A stretch of 64,000 nucleotides of DNA from assembly GCA_977017645.1 (NCBI GenBank), contig OZ360225.1, positions 190,402,001-190,466,000 of the forward strand. The letters are read 5' to 3'. This DNA comes from Torpedo marmorata. Its lineage: Eukaryota. Numbering within the stretch: the first letter of the stretch is position 1; the number at the start of each line of letters is the position of its first letter. Below, one piece after another: positions 12,416-24,463 of the stretch. The notes beneath the pieces were generated by a model. The model worked only from the letters and a program-made list of their open reading frames with translations. It was not told the DNA's origin and ran no database searches. The position numbers and the translations under genes were made by a program.

Positions 12416-14433
12416 TAATACAATTTACCCTTCCTATTAAAGTATAGGTAAATCCTTCCAACTCTCTAAATCTTTTTTAATTTTCATAAACAATGGTAAA
12501 TAATTTAATTTATACAAATTAACTAATTTTGTATCAATCTTTATTCCCAGATATTTAATTCCTTCTTTTGACCACTTAAATTGTGTAATTTCTTTACATT
12601 TACTATAATCCCCTTGCGTTAATGCCATAATTTCACGTTTATCAGAATTAATCTTATAACCAGATATTTCCCCATATTCTCTCAATAAAGCAGTCAATTG
12701 TATTAAAGAAGTAACAGGTTTTGACATATATATCAATACATCGTCTGCAAATAAACTAATTTTATGCTCTTCCCTTCCAACTTTAATACCTACAATCTTA
12801 ACATCTTGTCTAATTAATTCTGCCCAAGGTTCTATCGCTAAAGTAAACAATGCTGGTGACAAAGGACATCCTTGTCTAGTTGACCTAGTCAGAGGGAATT
12901 TTGAAGAAATTTGTCCATTTGTAACCACTTTAGCAGATGGTTCTTTATATATAGTCTTAATCCAGTTAATAAATGTAATTCCAAAACCAAATTTCTCCAA
13001 TACCTTAAATAAAAAATTCCACTCTAATCTATCAAAAGCCTTTTCAGCATCTAACATTAATACTAATGCTAAATCTTCCTTCTTTTTATGCACATTAATT
13101 AAACTAATTAATCTAGCTATATTATCCTTTGAATATCTATTTTTAATAAACCAGCTTGATCTACATGGATTAAATCTGGTAGATAATTAGCCACACTATT
13201 TGCAAAAATTTTTGCCATTATCTTATAATCCACATTTAGCAATGAAATAGGTCTATATGATTCTATTTTCAACACATCTCTATCTTTTTTAGGTTTAACT
13301 GTAATTATTGCATTTGAAAATGTATCCGGTAACGAATGAGTTTCCGTATTTGTTTCAACACATCCATATATGGAGGTATCAATAAATCTTTAAACTCCTT
13401 ATAAAATTCTGATGGAAAACCATCTTCCCCTGGAGATTTACCACTCGTTAAAGAAGTAAGAACCTCATTAACTTCCCTCATTGAGAAAGGCGAGTCCAAA
13501 GATTCTTTACTTTGAGTATTTAATCTAGGTAACTTAATTTTAGATAAAAATCTATTAATTTTAGAATCATCTTGATCAATCTGAGATTTATATAAATTCA
13601 AATAATAATCTTTAAAAGAATCATTTATTTCTCTAGGTTTATGCGTTATTTTCTTAGAATTCTTTTTTATAGCATTTATAGTTCTAGAAGTTTGATCTTT
13701 CTTTAACTGCCACGCCAACACTTTATGTGCTCTTTCTCCCAATTCATAATATCTTTGTTTAGTTCTTTCAATTAACTTTTCCATTTTATATGTTTGTAAC
13801 AAATTATAATGCAATTTTTTTCCAACTAAATTATTCCTTTTTTCTTCTTATCTCTTTTTTTGCAAATCCTTCTCCAAATATTCAATCTCTCTCTACAAAT
13901 TATCCACCTCTCGAAGATAATCCTTCTTAACTTTTGCTGAATAACTTATTATTTGACCTCTTAAATAAGCCTTTAAAGCTTCCCAAATGATAAATTTATT
14001 ATCAGTCGAATTAGAATTTATTTGTAAAAATTCCTGAATTTCCCTTCTCATATAATCACAAAAATCCTTTCTTTTTAATAAAGAAGAATTAAATCTCCAG
14101 CTTTATATAGTTTTTTTATTTTTCCGGAATTATACAAGACGTTAATAAAGGTGAATGATCAGAAATTATTCTCGCTTTATAAGATGCTTGTGTTATTCTT
14201 TCTTGAACTTGTGAAGACAATAAAAACAAATCTATCCTAGAATTTGAATCATGTCTAAAATAATAAAAAGGATAATCTTTTTCTCTAGGATTCAATTTTC
14301 TCCAAATATCTATTAAATTTAAGTCTTTCATCAAAGTAAGAACTCTTTTAGCAGTTTTAGTTTTAGCAACTGATCTTGATGTTTTATCCATTATCGGATC
14401 TAAACAGCAATTAAAATCCCCACCAATTAAAAT
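12416..14433 (-). mobile_element. L1-clade LINE ORF2 segment (EN C-half to RT), 3' end lost
   Basis: ILIGGDFN, SRIDLF, ISDHSPL, KSPGEDGF, LDAEKAFD, RQGCPLSP, FADDVL. Confidence 0.93.
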
Positions 14434-16539
14434 GATGGCGTAGGACGGAGACGTTGAAATACACCTCTCCCCACGGATTTAATTAAAAATCGTATATATG
14501 AAACTTTATTTAGCTTAAAAATAGATTAAAAGTCTCTACTAAAAGTTTAACAATGACCTCAAGAAAAATGAAAGAGCAAAAAGTAAAGAAAGCAATGTTC
14601 CAACAAACTTTACTTCAAGAAGAAGAACGGCCTACCTGTGTGATGGAGCCTCAGCTTCAGGTAATCCTCCCTCCCAAAACAGCACGAACGAGAGCGGCGA
14701 GATCGACTGCAGCACCCAGGGAGCTGGGGAAGATGGTGCCGGTGCTCGAAGAAAAACTACAAGACTGCAGATTTTGACGGAACAACCGCGCATGCGCGCC
14801 GTTTCGCGCATGCGCGATAGACAATGGGAGCTGTCAGATAAATCTGACAGCAAAAGAGACGTCCCACAAACATTACAATATGTTGTGGGACCTGAAACCT
14901 CTTCAGATTCAGATGACAAGATGAAAGAGAAGAAAGGAATGATAGAACAAGAAATGGGAGAAATGGAGGGAGAGGCTGAGGACTCAACTGATGAAGAACT
15001 TCCAACAATGCAAACTCAACAAATACTTAATGCTATTTCAAAAATGGAATCTCATTTGGAACATAGACTTAATGAAGAAATGGTGGATTATAAGGATAGA
15101 GTTGATAAAATAGAAGACTCATTTACAGGTTGGGAACAACAAAGAAATGAACTTTTACAAAAATTGGAAGTATTGGAAAATCAAAGCCGGAGGAATAATA
15201 TTAAAATTGTGGGACTTCCTGAAAATTTTGAAACTTACGACACAACTGAATTTTTCCAGAAATGGATTTTGGAAAACTGAATTTTTCCAGAAATGGATTT
15301 TGGAAGTTCTGGGTTTAGGTAATGAAGTGGAGTTAGAGAGAGCGCATAGAATTGGAAGACAGAATCAGTATGCGGATCAGTTTTGATTAAATGTCTTCGT
15401 TATCCGGACAGAGAGAAAATATTAAAAGCAGCTATCCAAAATGCTAAAACATATAAGTCTCCACTGATGGTTAAGGGAAACAGAGTTTTCTTTTATCCTG
15501 ATTTAAGTTCAGCTATAGTTAAAAGACGAAAAGAATTTAACCCAGCAAAAGCGATTTTTTGGAAAAAGGGATATAAGTTTTCTTTTAGATATCCTGCGGT
15601 TTTGAGGGTTCAGTCTGAAGAAAATCAATCTCGTTTTTTTACGGATTGCCAACAAGCGTTTCAATATGCAAATTCTCTTCCTTATTTGAAGAAAGATCAA
15701 GATTTGATGGATCATCACCAAGTTCAAGAGATTTCACCGTCGCAAGTTTCTTTGCCAAGTACTTCAGGAAAAGAGGAGGAGGCCGAGGTCGAGATTGATG
15801 AAGATCAAGTTCTTAAGGACCTTGAAGAAGCTAAATGAAGTTATGATAATAAATGCTGTGTAAAATCTGTTGGGGGGAGGTGGACTTTTTGTTTCTCCTT
15901 CCTAGCCACATACCACCTTAGTGGCGAGGGCCACTTCTCGAGTAATGGAGGGGGGTAATACTGGGGTAACTTCACAGTATTTTATTTATTGGGGTTTTGT
16001 TTCTTTTCTATTTTCCTATTTTCTTTTTTTCTTTTTAAGGAGATGTCAAATAGATTACGATTTTGGAGGAAGGTGCTGGTAGATTTGATGGAGAGAGATT
16101 TAACAAAATTTAGTAATGATGGATAGTAAAACAATAAATGTAGTAATTATTAATATAAAAGGGCTAAATAACCCGATTAAAAGGAAGAGAACTTTAGCGC
16201 ATATTAAAAAGTTAAATGTAGATATAGCTTTCTTACAAGAGACACATTTGACAGATTTGGAACATCAGAAGTTAAAGAGAGAATGGGTTGGTCAAGTGGT
16301 TGCTTCATCATTTAATTCTAAAGCAAGAGGAGTTGCCATATTAGTTAATAAAAAGTTACCTTTTAAAATACAATCTGTGGTTATAGATGTGGTAGGTAGA
16401 TATGTTTTAATACATTGTCAGATATACTCGGAATTTTGGACACTTATGAATATATATGTACTAAATGCAGATGATGAACAATTTATTCAAGATTCTTTTT
16501 TGCACTTGTCAGAAGCTAATGATAATATTTTAATTGGTG
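14434..16539 (+). mobile_element. Inverted 5' part of the same L1: 5'UTR, ORF1, spacer, ORF2 EN N-half
   Basis: Begins gatggcgtagg; ORF2 starts 16116 (NIKGLNNPIKR, FLQETHL, RGVAIL); ends at attttaattggtg, where the minus-strand segment resumes. Confidence 0.92.
14553..15838 (+). pseudogene. L1 ORF1 (Transposase_22-like RNA-binding protein), frameshifted
   Basis: LENQSRRNNIKIVGLPE, ELERAHRIG, FFYPDLS, RYPAVLRV; a 31-bp tandem duplication at 15244-15305 shifts the frame. Confidence 0.88.
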
Positions 16540-18690
16540 TCAATGCATCTTGATGTATGTGCACAAGTGTACGTTCCTGCCTGTATGGTCATCTTCATAT
16601 CTGGTCTGCCTTTTCGCTGCATCAAGGCTCATATATGTTTGGAACATAGAACATTATAGAATTTGTTCGCCTTAACTTTCTTGGATATTTTTGGCCCAAG
16701 GGCTTTAGTGGAGCTTGTTTCAAGGAAGCAATGGCCTCCCCAATGTTCAGTTCCCCTCAACATTTTGTCACAATTGACATTGTTATCTTGTGACCGGGAT
16801 TTAATCAGTCAAGTGCCAGGGTATGGAATGAGAGAGTATTATGATGTTGCCAACAGCATGACCACACAAACACTTTAGTTCTCTAATAATCGGATTTGAA
16901 GATTGTTCACAGAAATCCACAAGATTTTTCTTTGCACTTGGTGACAAGCAAGAACCTCAGCAAATTTCATTTGTCATCAGCTCAGTAATTTTCCAGTAGA
17001 AAGTAAACAAAATACTTTGGACAGGTAAAGTGATTTGCCTGGAGCTTGGATATTCTGGACCAATGTTTGACAATCAACTTCAGACATTGTGCATCCAACT
17101 TGAGCAAGTACAGTAATAACATCTTATTGTCATATCTCATTATGATTGCTCAGCTGAAACCTAATTTCCAGTGTCTTACAGTGTATCATCATTTTCAGAG
17201 CGCCCAGTCGCCTTGCCGTAACCTTTCATATGTCCCTTCCCATTGCCAATAGGCTCAATGCACACTGATTGGCGATGCTGCTGGAGCTGCTGTAACGGCA
17301 GCACTGCCGGTGCTGCAGACCCAGGAGAGCGGAGAGCAGAGACACAGCCCTGCTCTGAAGATTTCAACTGCCCTGTCCTAATGCCAGTGACTCTGTACAG
17401 GCTTTCATGGCCTGTTAGAGAAGCCAACAGCGTTTTTAAACTAAAATCCTGCAACTGCGGGGTCTGTGCCCAAGATGGCTTGGCAGCGGCCATGAGGGTT
17501 AGCAGACTCCAGGGAGCAGCGGACTGGAGCAGGGTACCAAAAACAGGAACAACATTCCCCATTGAGAAGGAGAAGCGTGTGAGACGACCCTACAGGACGG
17601 TGACCACGGTGGCGGACTAGTAAGGGGGCTCAGTGGCTGAGGGACCCACACAGGCTTTGGGCGACTTGCGATCGGCGGACCCACAAGGGCTCTCGGCTGC
17701 TGGAGACTGGCTCATGGGTACAAAGTATCAGAGCCGGGTGTAAGAGCCATAGGCTTGGTTACCAACCTTCATCGCGGTGTTCCAATGGTCCCAACGGGTG
17801 TCGGAGGAGTCACGGAGAATAGTAGGCCGTGCTAGGCCTATTGAGTACTCTGCGCATGCACGGGAGTGCAGACGGGCGCATGCGCGTTAATCAGAGAAGA
17901 AGCATATAAGAATATGGCGACCTGGAGGAGGGTGAGTGAGATCGCCATAGATTTCATTGACCGTTTAAAGGAGCGTTAGAAAGAATCGTTGTAAAAGAAC
18001 ATTTTAAAGGAAGTTTAAAGACGTTTTAAAGAATCGTTATTAAACATCGTTATCAAGAATTGTTTATATTTCGTTAAAGAAGATATTTAATTCATTGAAG
18101 ATTGCTACAAGTCATCGTATGTTAATAAAGTTTTTGAACCTATTGGACTTTTTAGTAAATTAAATGAAACGCTCATGAACAAGTGTCTCACCTAGCCTCC
18201 AAGTGACTATTTGTTGTATTGAAGTCACTATATTTTAGTCAATTAAAGATTATTGTTTGGAACAGAAAATTGAAGGAAAGAAGATAGAATAACCTCTCTA
18301 TGCTTTGGACTGATATTTAAAATAAAATGGCGGCCATCTTGGAAATGCCTCGAGTTAGGGGCAGTTTGTAATCCACATCCATCTGCCATGAGTAACAGCC
18401 AGAGAGGGATATAGAGCTTTAAATCTTATAGTAAAGTGTCCTATAAATACGTTGGAGAAACCATTTCTTGAAAATCAGCGATATTATTGATGGATGCTGT
18501 GGTGGAAACTCGTTTGTGAATAGCAGCACATTAAAGTCATCTGAAGTGGTAGGCATAAGTCTGTGGACTCCTTCTGTGTATCTTTGGCAAGTTTGAACAC
18601 AGATTGGATTTACTGCCGCTAGTCCATTGGGGACTGTTGATTTGGCTAGTGTTGTGTATGCTCGAAGTACAGTGGAACAAGACGAGTAAA

Positions 18691-18835
18691 ATGGCCACAG
18701 CAGCCGCTGATGTTGCTGTTGAGGAACAAAGTATTGAAGACATGAAGGTTGTGGATCTCAAAGAAGAATTGAGGCGACGGAAACTAGATACAAGTGGAAA
18801 TAAAAAGGTTCTCATTCCAAGACTGAAGCTGGCAA
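18691..18835 (+). pseudogene. SAP-domain coding segment (SAFB/SLTM-like) at the start of BEL gag
   Basis: MATAAADVAVEEQSIEDMKVVDLKEELRRRKLDTSGNKKVLIPRLKLA fits the SAP pattern LxVxxLKxELxxRxLxxSGxKxxLxxRL. Confidence 0.75.
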
Positions 18836-18922
18836 ACGTGAAGAACAGGCGGCTTCGGTTGATGGGAATGAAGAAATTGCAAACTCATTGCAAAAGACAA
18901 CGACGAACATGAACACAGCAAT

Positions 18923-21400
18923 GTGGAAATGGCTGAAAATGTGTCACCAAATGATGAAGAAAACGAAGAGGATGAAGCTACAAAGGATGTACAATTCGAA
19001 TTGCAGAAAGAGGTAAGTAAGAAGACAACATCAGACCTGCAGGATGAAATACAAGCATGTGACAGTGTCTTAAATGTTGAAAGCAGGAGAAGCAAACGAA
19101 GTTCTGGTTCGAGCTCCAGAGTTTCTCGTACTTCAAGTTCTGCATCGTCACGTACAAAGGTTGAAGTTGACTTGGCCACTCTTCTTGCACAACAAAAAAT
19201 GCTAAAGGATAAACATATTTTAGAAGGACAGGAGGAGCAGCTAAGGCAAAAGGAGGAGCAGCTAAAGCAGCAGCTAAGGCAAGAGGAGGAGCAGCTAAGG
19301 CAGAACCAGGAGCAGCTAAGGCAGAGAAAGTAGCAGCAGGATCTGGAAGCAAACATTACTATTGCCAGGGCAAAAAAAAAGGTACTAGAAGGCTCAATGG
19401 TATCTGGTGCTCAGAGTAAATTATCGAAAGTGTGCGATGATAAGAAGTTATATTTTATAAAGGAGCCACAGGAAAAGAAACCAACCAAAAAGGTAGATAT
19501 TTTAGTACCAAGGGTACAAGACATGCAAATACAAGGACAAATCCTTCAAGAGCATGGTGTTATCGAGTCACATGTACCAGTGGTAACATCCAAAGACAAA
19601 GCTGCGGCTTGGGTTCGGTGAAACGATGCAGCTCCCTTGGCATTCGAGTCAAGCATCAGAAATACAGGAGAAACTACACCAGTGAGGTTTCCAGATACAT
19701 TACCTGCAACAAGAGGCGGTGAACAGAGCAATGTATTGTCATCCACAGGAAGACAAAATGAAATTGCTGCATCATTGATTCAGTTACAGTCTATCTCTTC
19801 TTTGCCCAAGAAAGAGATTCAAACTTTTGATGGTGATCCACTTCAGTACCAAGCGTTCATGAGATCATTTAGATGCAGTATTGAAAATAAATGCCAAGAC
19901 CCTGTTGAAAGTCTTTATTATTTGGAAATATTCACAAAGGGACAGCCAAAAGAACTTTAAAGAGTTGTCAACATATGTCCTCAGAAAGAGGATTAGACAG
20001 AGCTAAGTCTTTACTGGAACAACATTTTGGCAACAAGCATCGAATTGCTTTAGCTTATATGGATAAAGCTCTTAAATGGACATCAATAAAACCGAATGAT
20101 GTAAAGGCTCTACAAGCATACACTCTCTTTTTAAGAGCATGTTGTAATGCCATGGAAGATATCGATAATATTCGTGAGCTTGACGTGCCTGGTAATATGC
20201 GAATCATCTTAGATAAATTACCTTACAGGTTGTGGGATAGTTGGAGAAATTTGGCTTGTGATTTACAAGAAAATTACGGTCAAAGAGCTACCTTAAAGGA
20301 TATGGTAAATTTTCTTGAACAACAGGTGTACATTGAAACAGATCCAATATATGGAAATACCAGAGACAACTCAATGGGGAACAAAGATGTAAGGAGGTCT
20401 TACTCACAGCCTAGTCTGAAATTGAAAAGGAGTACTTTTGCTACTAATGTTTCAGTTATAAATAAAGAAAAAGATAAAGTAAATAAGGAAAAGGAAAGTT
20501 TGCCTAATGAGAAGAGTTGTTTGTTCTGTAAAGGTGGACATGCTTTGGAAATGTGTTTACGGTTGGAAAAGAAGGAACATAATGAGAAGATCGCTTCCTT
20601 AAAGGAAAATGGAGCATGTTTCAACTGTCTGTGTAAAGGGCACATCAGTAAAAACTGCGAGAAGCAAATTAACTGTAACATATGCAATTTGAAGCATCCT
20701 AGAATGCTGCATATCCATCAAAGAAAGAAGGAATTAGAAAAGGAGCAAACAGAAACAAAGGAAACAACAGAAAACAATGTTATAACCTCAGTTCAGACAA
20801 GTGGTCTTACCGGGGCCGGTGTGGATAACTGCAAACTTTCAATAGTGCCTGTACAAGTCAAGACCAAGAAAGGGGATGCAACAGTACATATATATGCATT
20901 TCTTGACCCAGGCAGCACTGCATCTTTTTGCACGGTGGGACTAATGAACAAACTTAATATTCAGGGAAGAAGGTCAAGAATTATGTTGAAAACCATGGGA
21001 CAAGAAAAGGTAGTTGAAACCAGCATTGTTTCAGGCTTAGAGTTTGCTGGATTGGATTACAAAAAAATTTGTATTCTTCCAAGTTTATATACTCAGAAGA
21101 CTATGCCTGTGCACGAAGGAAACATTCCGCATGAAAATGATTTCTATCATTTGTCTTATCTGTGGAAGGTTTATTTACTTGAAGTTAACTATGAGATAGA
21201 AATGCTGATTGGTTCAGATGTGCCAAAGGTTTTGGAACCACTAGAAGTAATACGGAGTAGAGGGAATGGACCTTATGCTGTTAGAACCAAGCTTGGTTGG
21301 ACAATCAATGGACCATTGGAAAGAAATAATGATATTGCACAGGAACAGTTAGCGATAAATGTTAACAGAATTTCGGTTGTGAAAGTTGATGAGTTAAGGG
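18923..21400 (+). pseudogene. BEL/Pao gag-protease (stops and frameshifts)
   Basis: SLPKKEIQTFDGDPLQY, CLFCKGGH, CFNCLCKGH, CNICNLKHPRMLH knuckles; YAFLDPGSTASF protease; PYAVRTKLGWTINGPL. Confidence 0.9.
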
Positions 21401-21831
21401 AAGAGCAAAAGACTGTGAATAAGAAAGTCATTTTTGAAGAAAAGAAAACAGATCAATGTGAAAATAAATCAAAGGTATTTAAAACAACATTGAAGCAATT
21501 ATTTTCATCAGAAATTGATAAAAATGAAGTATTAGAAGATATTGCAAATAATACTAATGATTATTCCTGTGTAATTGAATCAGCGGCAGGATTAAAACAA
21601 GTGACTGAGAACAAATTTGAAAGTAGATTTTGTAGTTCAGAGGTTACAACAGACAAAGTCAATGAAGAAATGTTGCAACGTGATGTAAAACTGGATAACA
21701 CAGAAAATTGTGCTGATGGAATGAAGAAGAATGTGAATGATAATTTAATGCAATTGAATTCAGAGAACAAAATGTTGAAAGGGGAATTGGAAATATTGGA
21801 TAATCATGAAAACAGTAAACAGAAAGATTTA

Positions 21832-22180
21832 ATTGTAAATAAAATTCGCAAAGTCAGAAAGCGGAAGAAAAGAATGACTGCTGAAGAAATAAATACAGTT
21901 ATTGAGGAAAGAGTTTCAGCATTATCGAAATATAAAAGGTTGGAGGAAGAGATTCATATTTTGAAAGAGATTGTTATTGGTTAATAACACAAAACAGTTG
22001 ATTATAGAAAACAATCAAGAATGTAAATTGAAGGTTCAGCTATTAACAATGCAGAAAGAAAGTGATATTGCATTGCAGCAATGTAACAAGCAAGATGAAG
22101 AAATTCAAAAATTTCAAGTTTACCACAGCAGGGTTGACAATGTATCACATGATATTTTCACTTCAGATCAAGTTATTAAT
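21832..22180 (+). pseudogene. Captured MIPOL1-like coiled-coil fragment within the BEL element
   Basis: KRMTAEEINTVIEERVSALSKYKRLEEEIHILKE...NNTKQLIIENNQECKLKVQLLTMQ...ALQQCNKQDEEIQKFQVYHS resembles vertebrate MIPOL1 as recalled; one frameshift, no introns. Confidence 0.7.
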
Positions 22181-23936
22181 TTCTCGGAAGGAACTGAGAC
22201 TGAATTGAAAGTTGCAAAATTGGATTTGGAATTGCAGGAAAAGGCAATAGAAACCAGAGTGGTTAAAGAGACTCGTTTATTAAAATCAAGAGGATCAGAT
22301 AAATATTCAAATTCTAGTTCTAAGAGATTAAATTCTTCATATGAGAAGTGGTATGCTGAAGAAAGGAATAAAGTGAAACGACATGCTGAAGAAGTACCTC
22401 GTGTTAAATTCAAAAGAAAAACTAGCTATTTTGTCTGAGGAAGATTTAAGGTTTACTGGTCGACGTTTTAACTCAAAAATTCTGGAGATAAAAGAACTTT
22501 GATAAATACAAACTGACTTTATTTTGTTGTGTTGTATACTACATAGGTTACAGACTTTTATTGATCCAGAGTTATGGTAAACTCTGGTCTTATGAAGAAA
22601 GAAGATTTGTATATGGTTTGAATGTTATATGGTTATTGTTATTTGTAATTGATTGTGTAATTATTATTTAAGAAGTTGCGTCTCGTTATAATAATTAGAG
22701 GCCGGTGTAAGAGCCATAGGCTTGGTTACTTACATTCATCGTGGCTTTCCAATGGTCCCAGTGGGTTTCGGAGGACTCACGGAGATTAGTAGGCCGTGCT
22801 AGGCCTATTGAGTACTCTGCACATGCGCGGGAGTGCCGACGGGCGCATGCGCTGTGGGGAAGTGGCTGGAGCATGCGCGGTGGAGTATGTTCGGTGGAGT
22901 ATGCGCGGTGGAGCATGCGCATTAATCAGAGAAGAAGGATCTAAGAATATGACGACCTAGAGGAGGGTGAGTGAGATCGCCATAGCTTTCATTGACCGTT
23001 TAAAGGAGCGTTAGAAAGAATCGTTGTAAAGGAACGTTTTAAAGGAAGTTTAAAGACGTTGTAAAGAATCGTTATTAAACATTGTTATCAAGAATTGTTT
23101 ATATTTCGTTAAAGAAGATCTTTAAGTCATTGAAGATTGCTGCAAGTTATCGTGTGTTAATAAAGTTTTTGAACCTATTGGACTTGTTAGTAAATTAATT
23201 GAAACGCGTCATGAACAAGTGTCTCACCTAGCCTCCAAGTGACTATTTGTTGGATTGAAGTCACTATACCGGGATTCAAGAGGGTGCTGAGTGCAAAAAG
23301 GGCTCCCAAAGGGCCTCGGGTGCTGAGGCTTCCTAAAGGTATCGGAGGTTTGGATCTGGAGCTCGGGTTGCCGATGGATCGAACAGCAGTCGGTGTGGCT
23401 GCAGAGGCTGTAGGAGCGCTGGAGATGAATCCATGGGCATTCAGTGTCTCTGAAGGGACACTCTTCTGCTTCTCTTTGTCCTTTTGTTAGGGGAGCCGGG
23501 CAATGCTCATGGTGACTTGTTGTTTTCCTATGGCAGACAAAAGTTAAAGTATATCATGTTCGTTACATTTTTTATCTATTATTACGTGACATTAAAAGGA
23601 ATCTTTAAACTTGAACTTTGATCAAAGTACACTCCCAATCACCTCATTTTGATCGTACAAGTCCACCAGTTCAAAATCAATTAGCCTGCGCTCTACACAA
23701 ATCCATTTTCATTCATTCAGTACTTTTTCCAAACTAAAGTTATGTGCCTTCTTGTCTTGATCCACAGTAACATCAATGCCTCGCTCTCATTTTCTTCACA
23801 TGATAGAACTAAATAATAATCCCCACCAATTTCAGAGTTTCCTCTGTATATCTTACAAATTAAAACTCTACAGGGAGCACAACATTTCCATAGAAAACCC
23901 CAGCACAAAGTTTCCATGGACAACCCTAGTGATGTG

Positions 23937-24360
23937 TGTTACAACTCAAACCAGCAACAACAGAAAACGCATTTCAAAAGGGTTGAATTTTAACTCTATA
24001 TTTATTAATGACTATTAACAATATAATGTCTCAACACAATTAACCCCACTATAAGTATCTATGGCAAATATACGGATATCATATATTTATAAACAGTGTG
24101 TACGTTAAAAAAAAAATACCCAGACCATTACAGTCTGTGCCCAATATTCAAAAAGGAAAAATCCCCAAAACCCCAGGTCAGTCAGTCAAGTCAGTCAGTC
24201 CAAAAACACAGTCCACAAAATTCAATCTCAAAGTTCAATGTCCAATTTCAGTTCTTTAACTGATAACAAAGGATGTCGTATTGAATGTTGGAGAGAGAAA
24301 TGACTGATGTTACGTTGCAGTAAGGTGACAAATCCTTTTTCAGGCTTCCTCAGATGACTT
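23937..24360 (-). repeat. Partial LTR of the Gmr1-like family (second subfamily), truncated at the Penelope element
   Basis: tgttacaactcaaaccagcaac... closely matches 56016-56433. Confidence 0.88.
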
Positions 24361-24463
24361 AAAACATGAAATTCTGTAGACACCGTGGTTGAAGTAAAAA
24401 ACACAAATGCTGGAGAAACTCAGCAGGTCAAACAGTGTCTTTTATGTAGCAAAGGTAGAAATA

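Larger units (their letters stand above)
17739..23268 (+). mobile_element. Non-autonomous BEL/Pao LTR retrotransposon with host-like inserts
   Basis: LTRs 17739-18232 and 22706-23268; perfect 5-bp TSD ccggg (17734-17738, 23269-23273); BEL-type gag and protease; no RT, RNase H or INT core motifs. Confidence 0.92.
17267..23620 (+). mobile_element. GC-rich non-autonomous retroelement (about 0.8 kb), split by the BEL insertion into 17267-17738 and 23269-23620
   Basis: Both halves homologous to the reverse complement of 55165-56012; ends gacattaaa...aacttgaac. Confidence 0.7.

Noticed and set aside
16700-17170. Possible unique exon
   Set aside because: aatggcctcccc...ttcagtt looks like a decayed LINE RT GLPQGS motif; too degraded to call either way
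18784-19356. Cys/Ser-rich ORF resembling metallothionein or keratin-associated protein
   Set aside because: Antisense shadow of the EEQLRQ repeats in BEL gag
22300-22438. Faint HMG-box-like tail (SKRL...EK...H.EE.P..KFKRK)
   Set aside because: Spacing and aromatic core do not fit well enough to call without an HMM search
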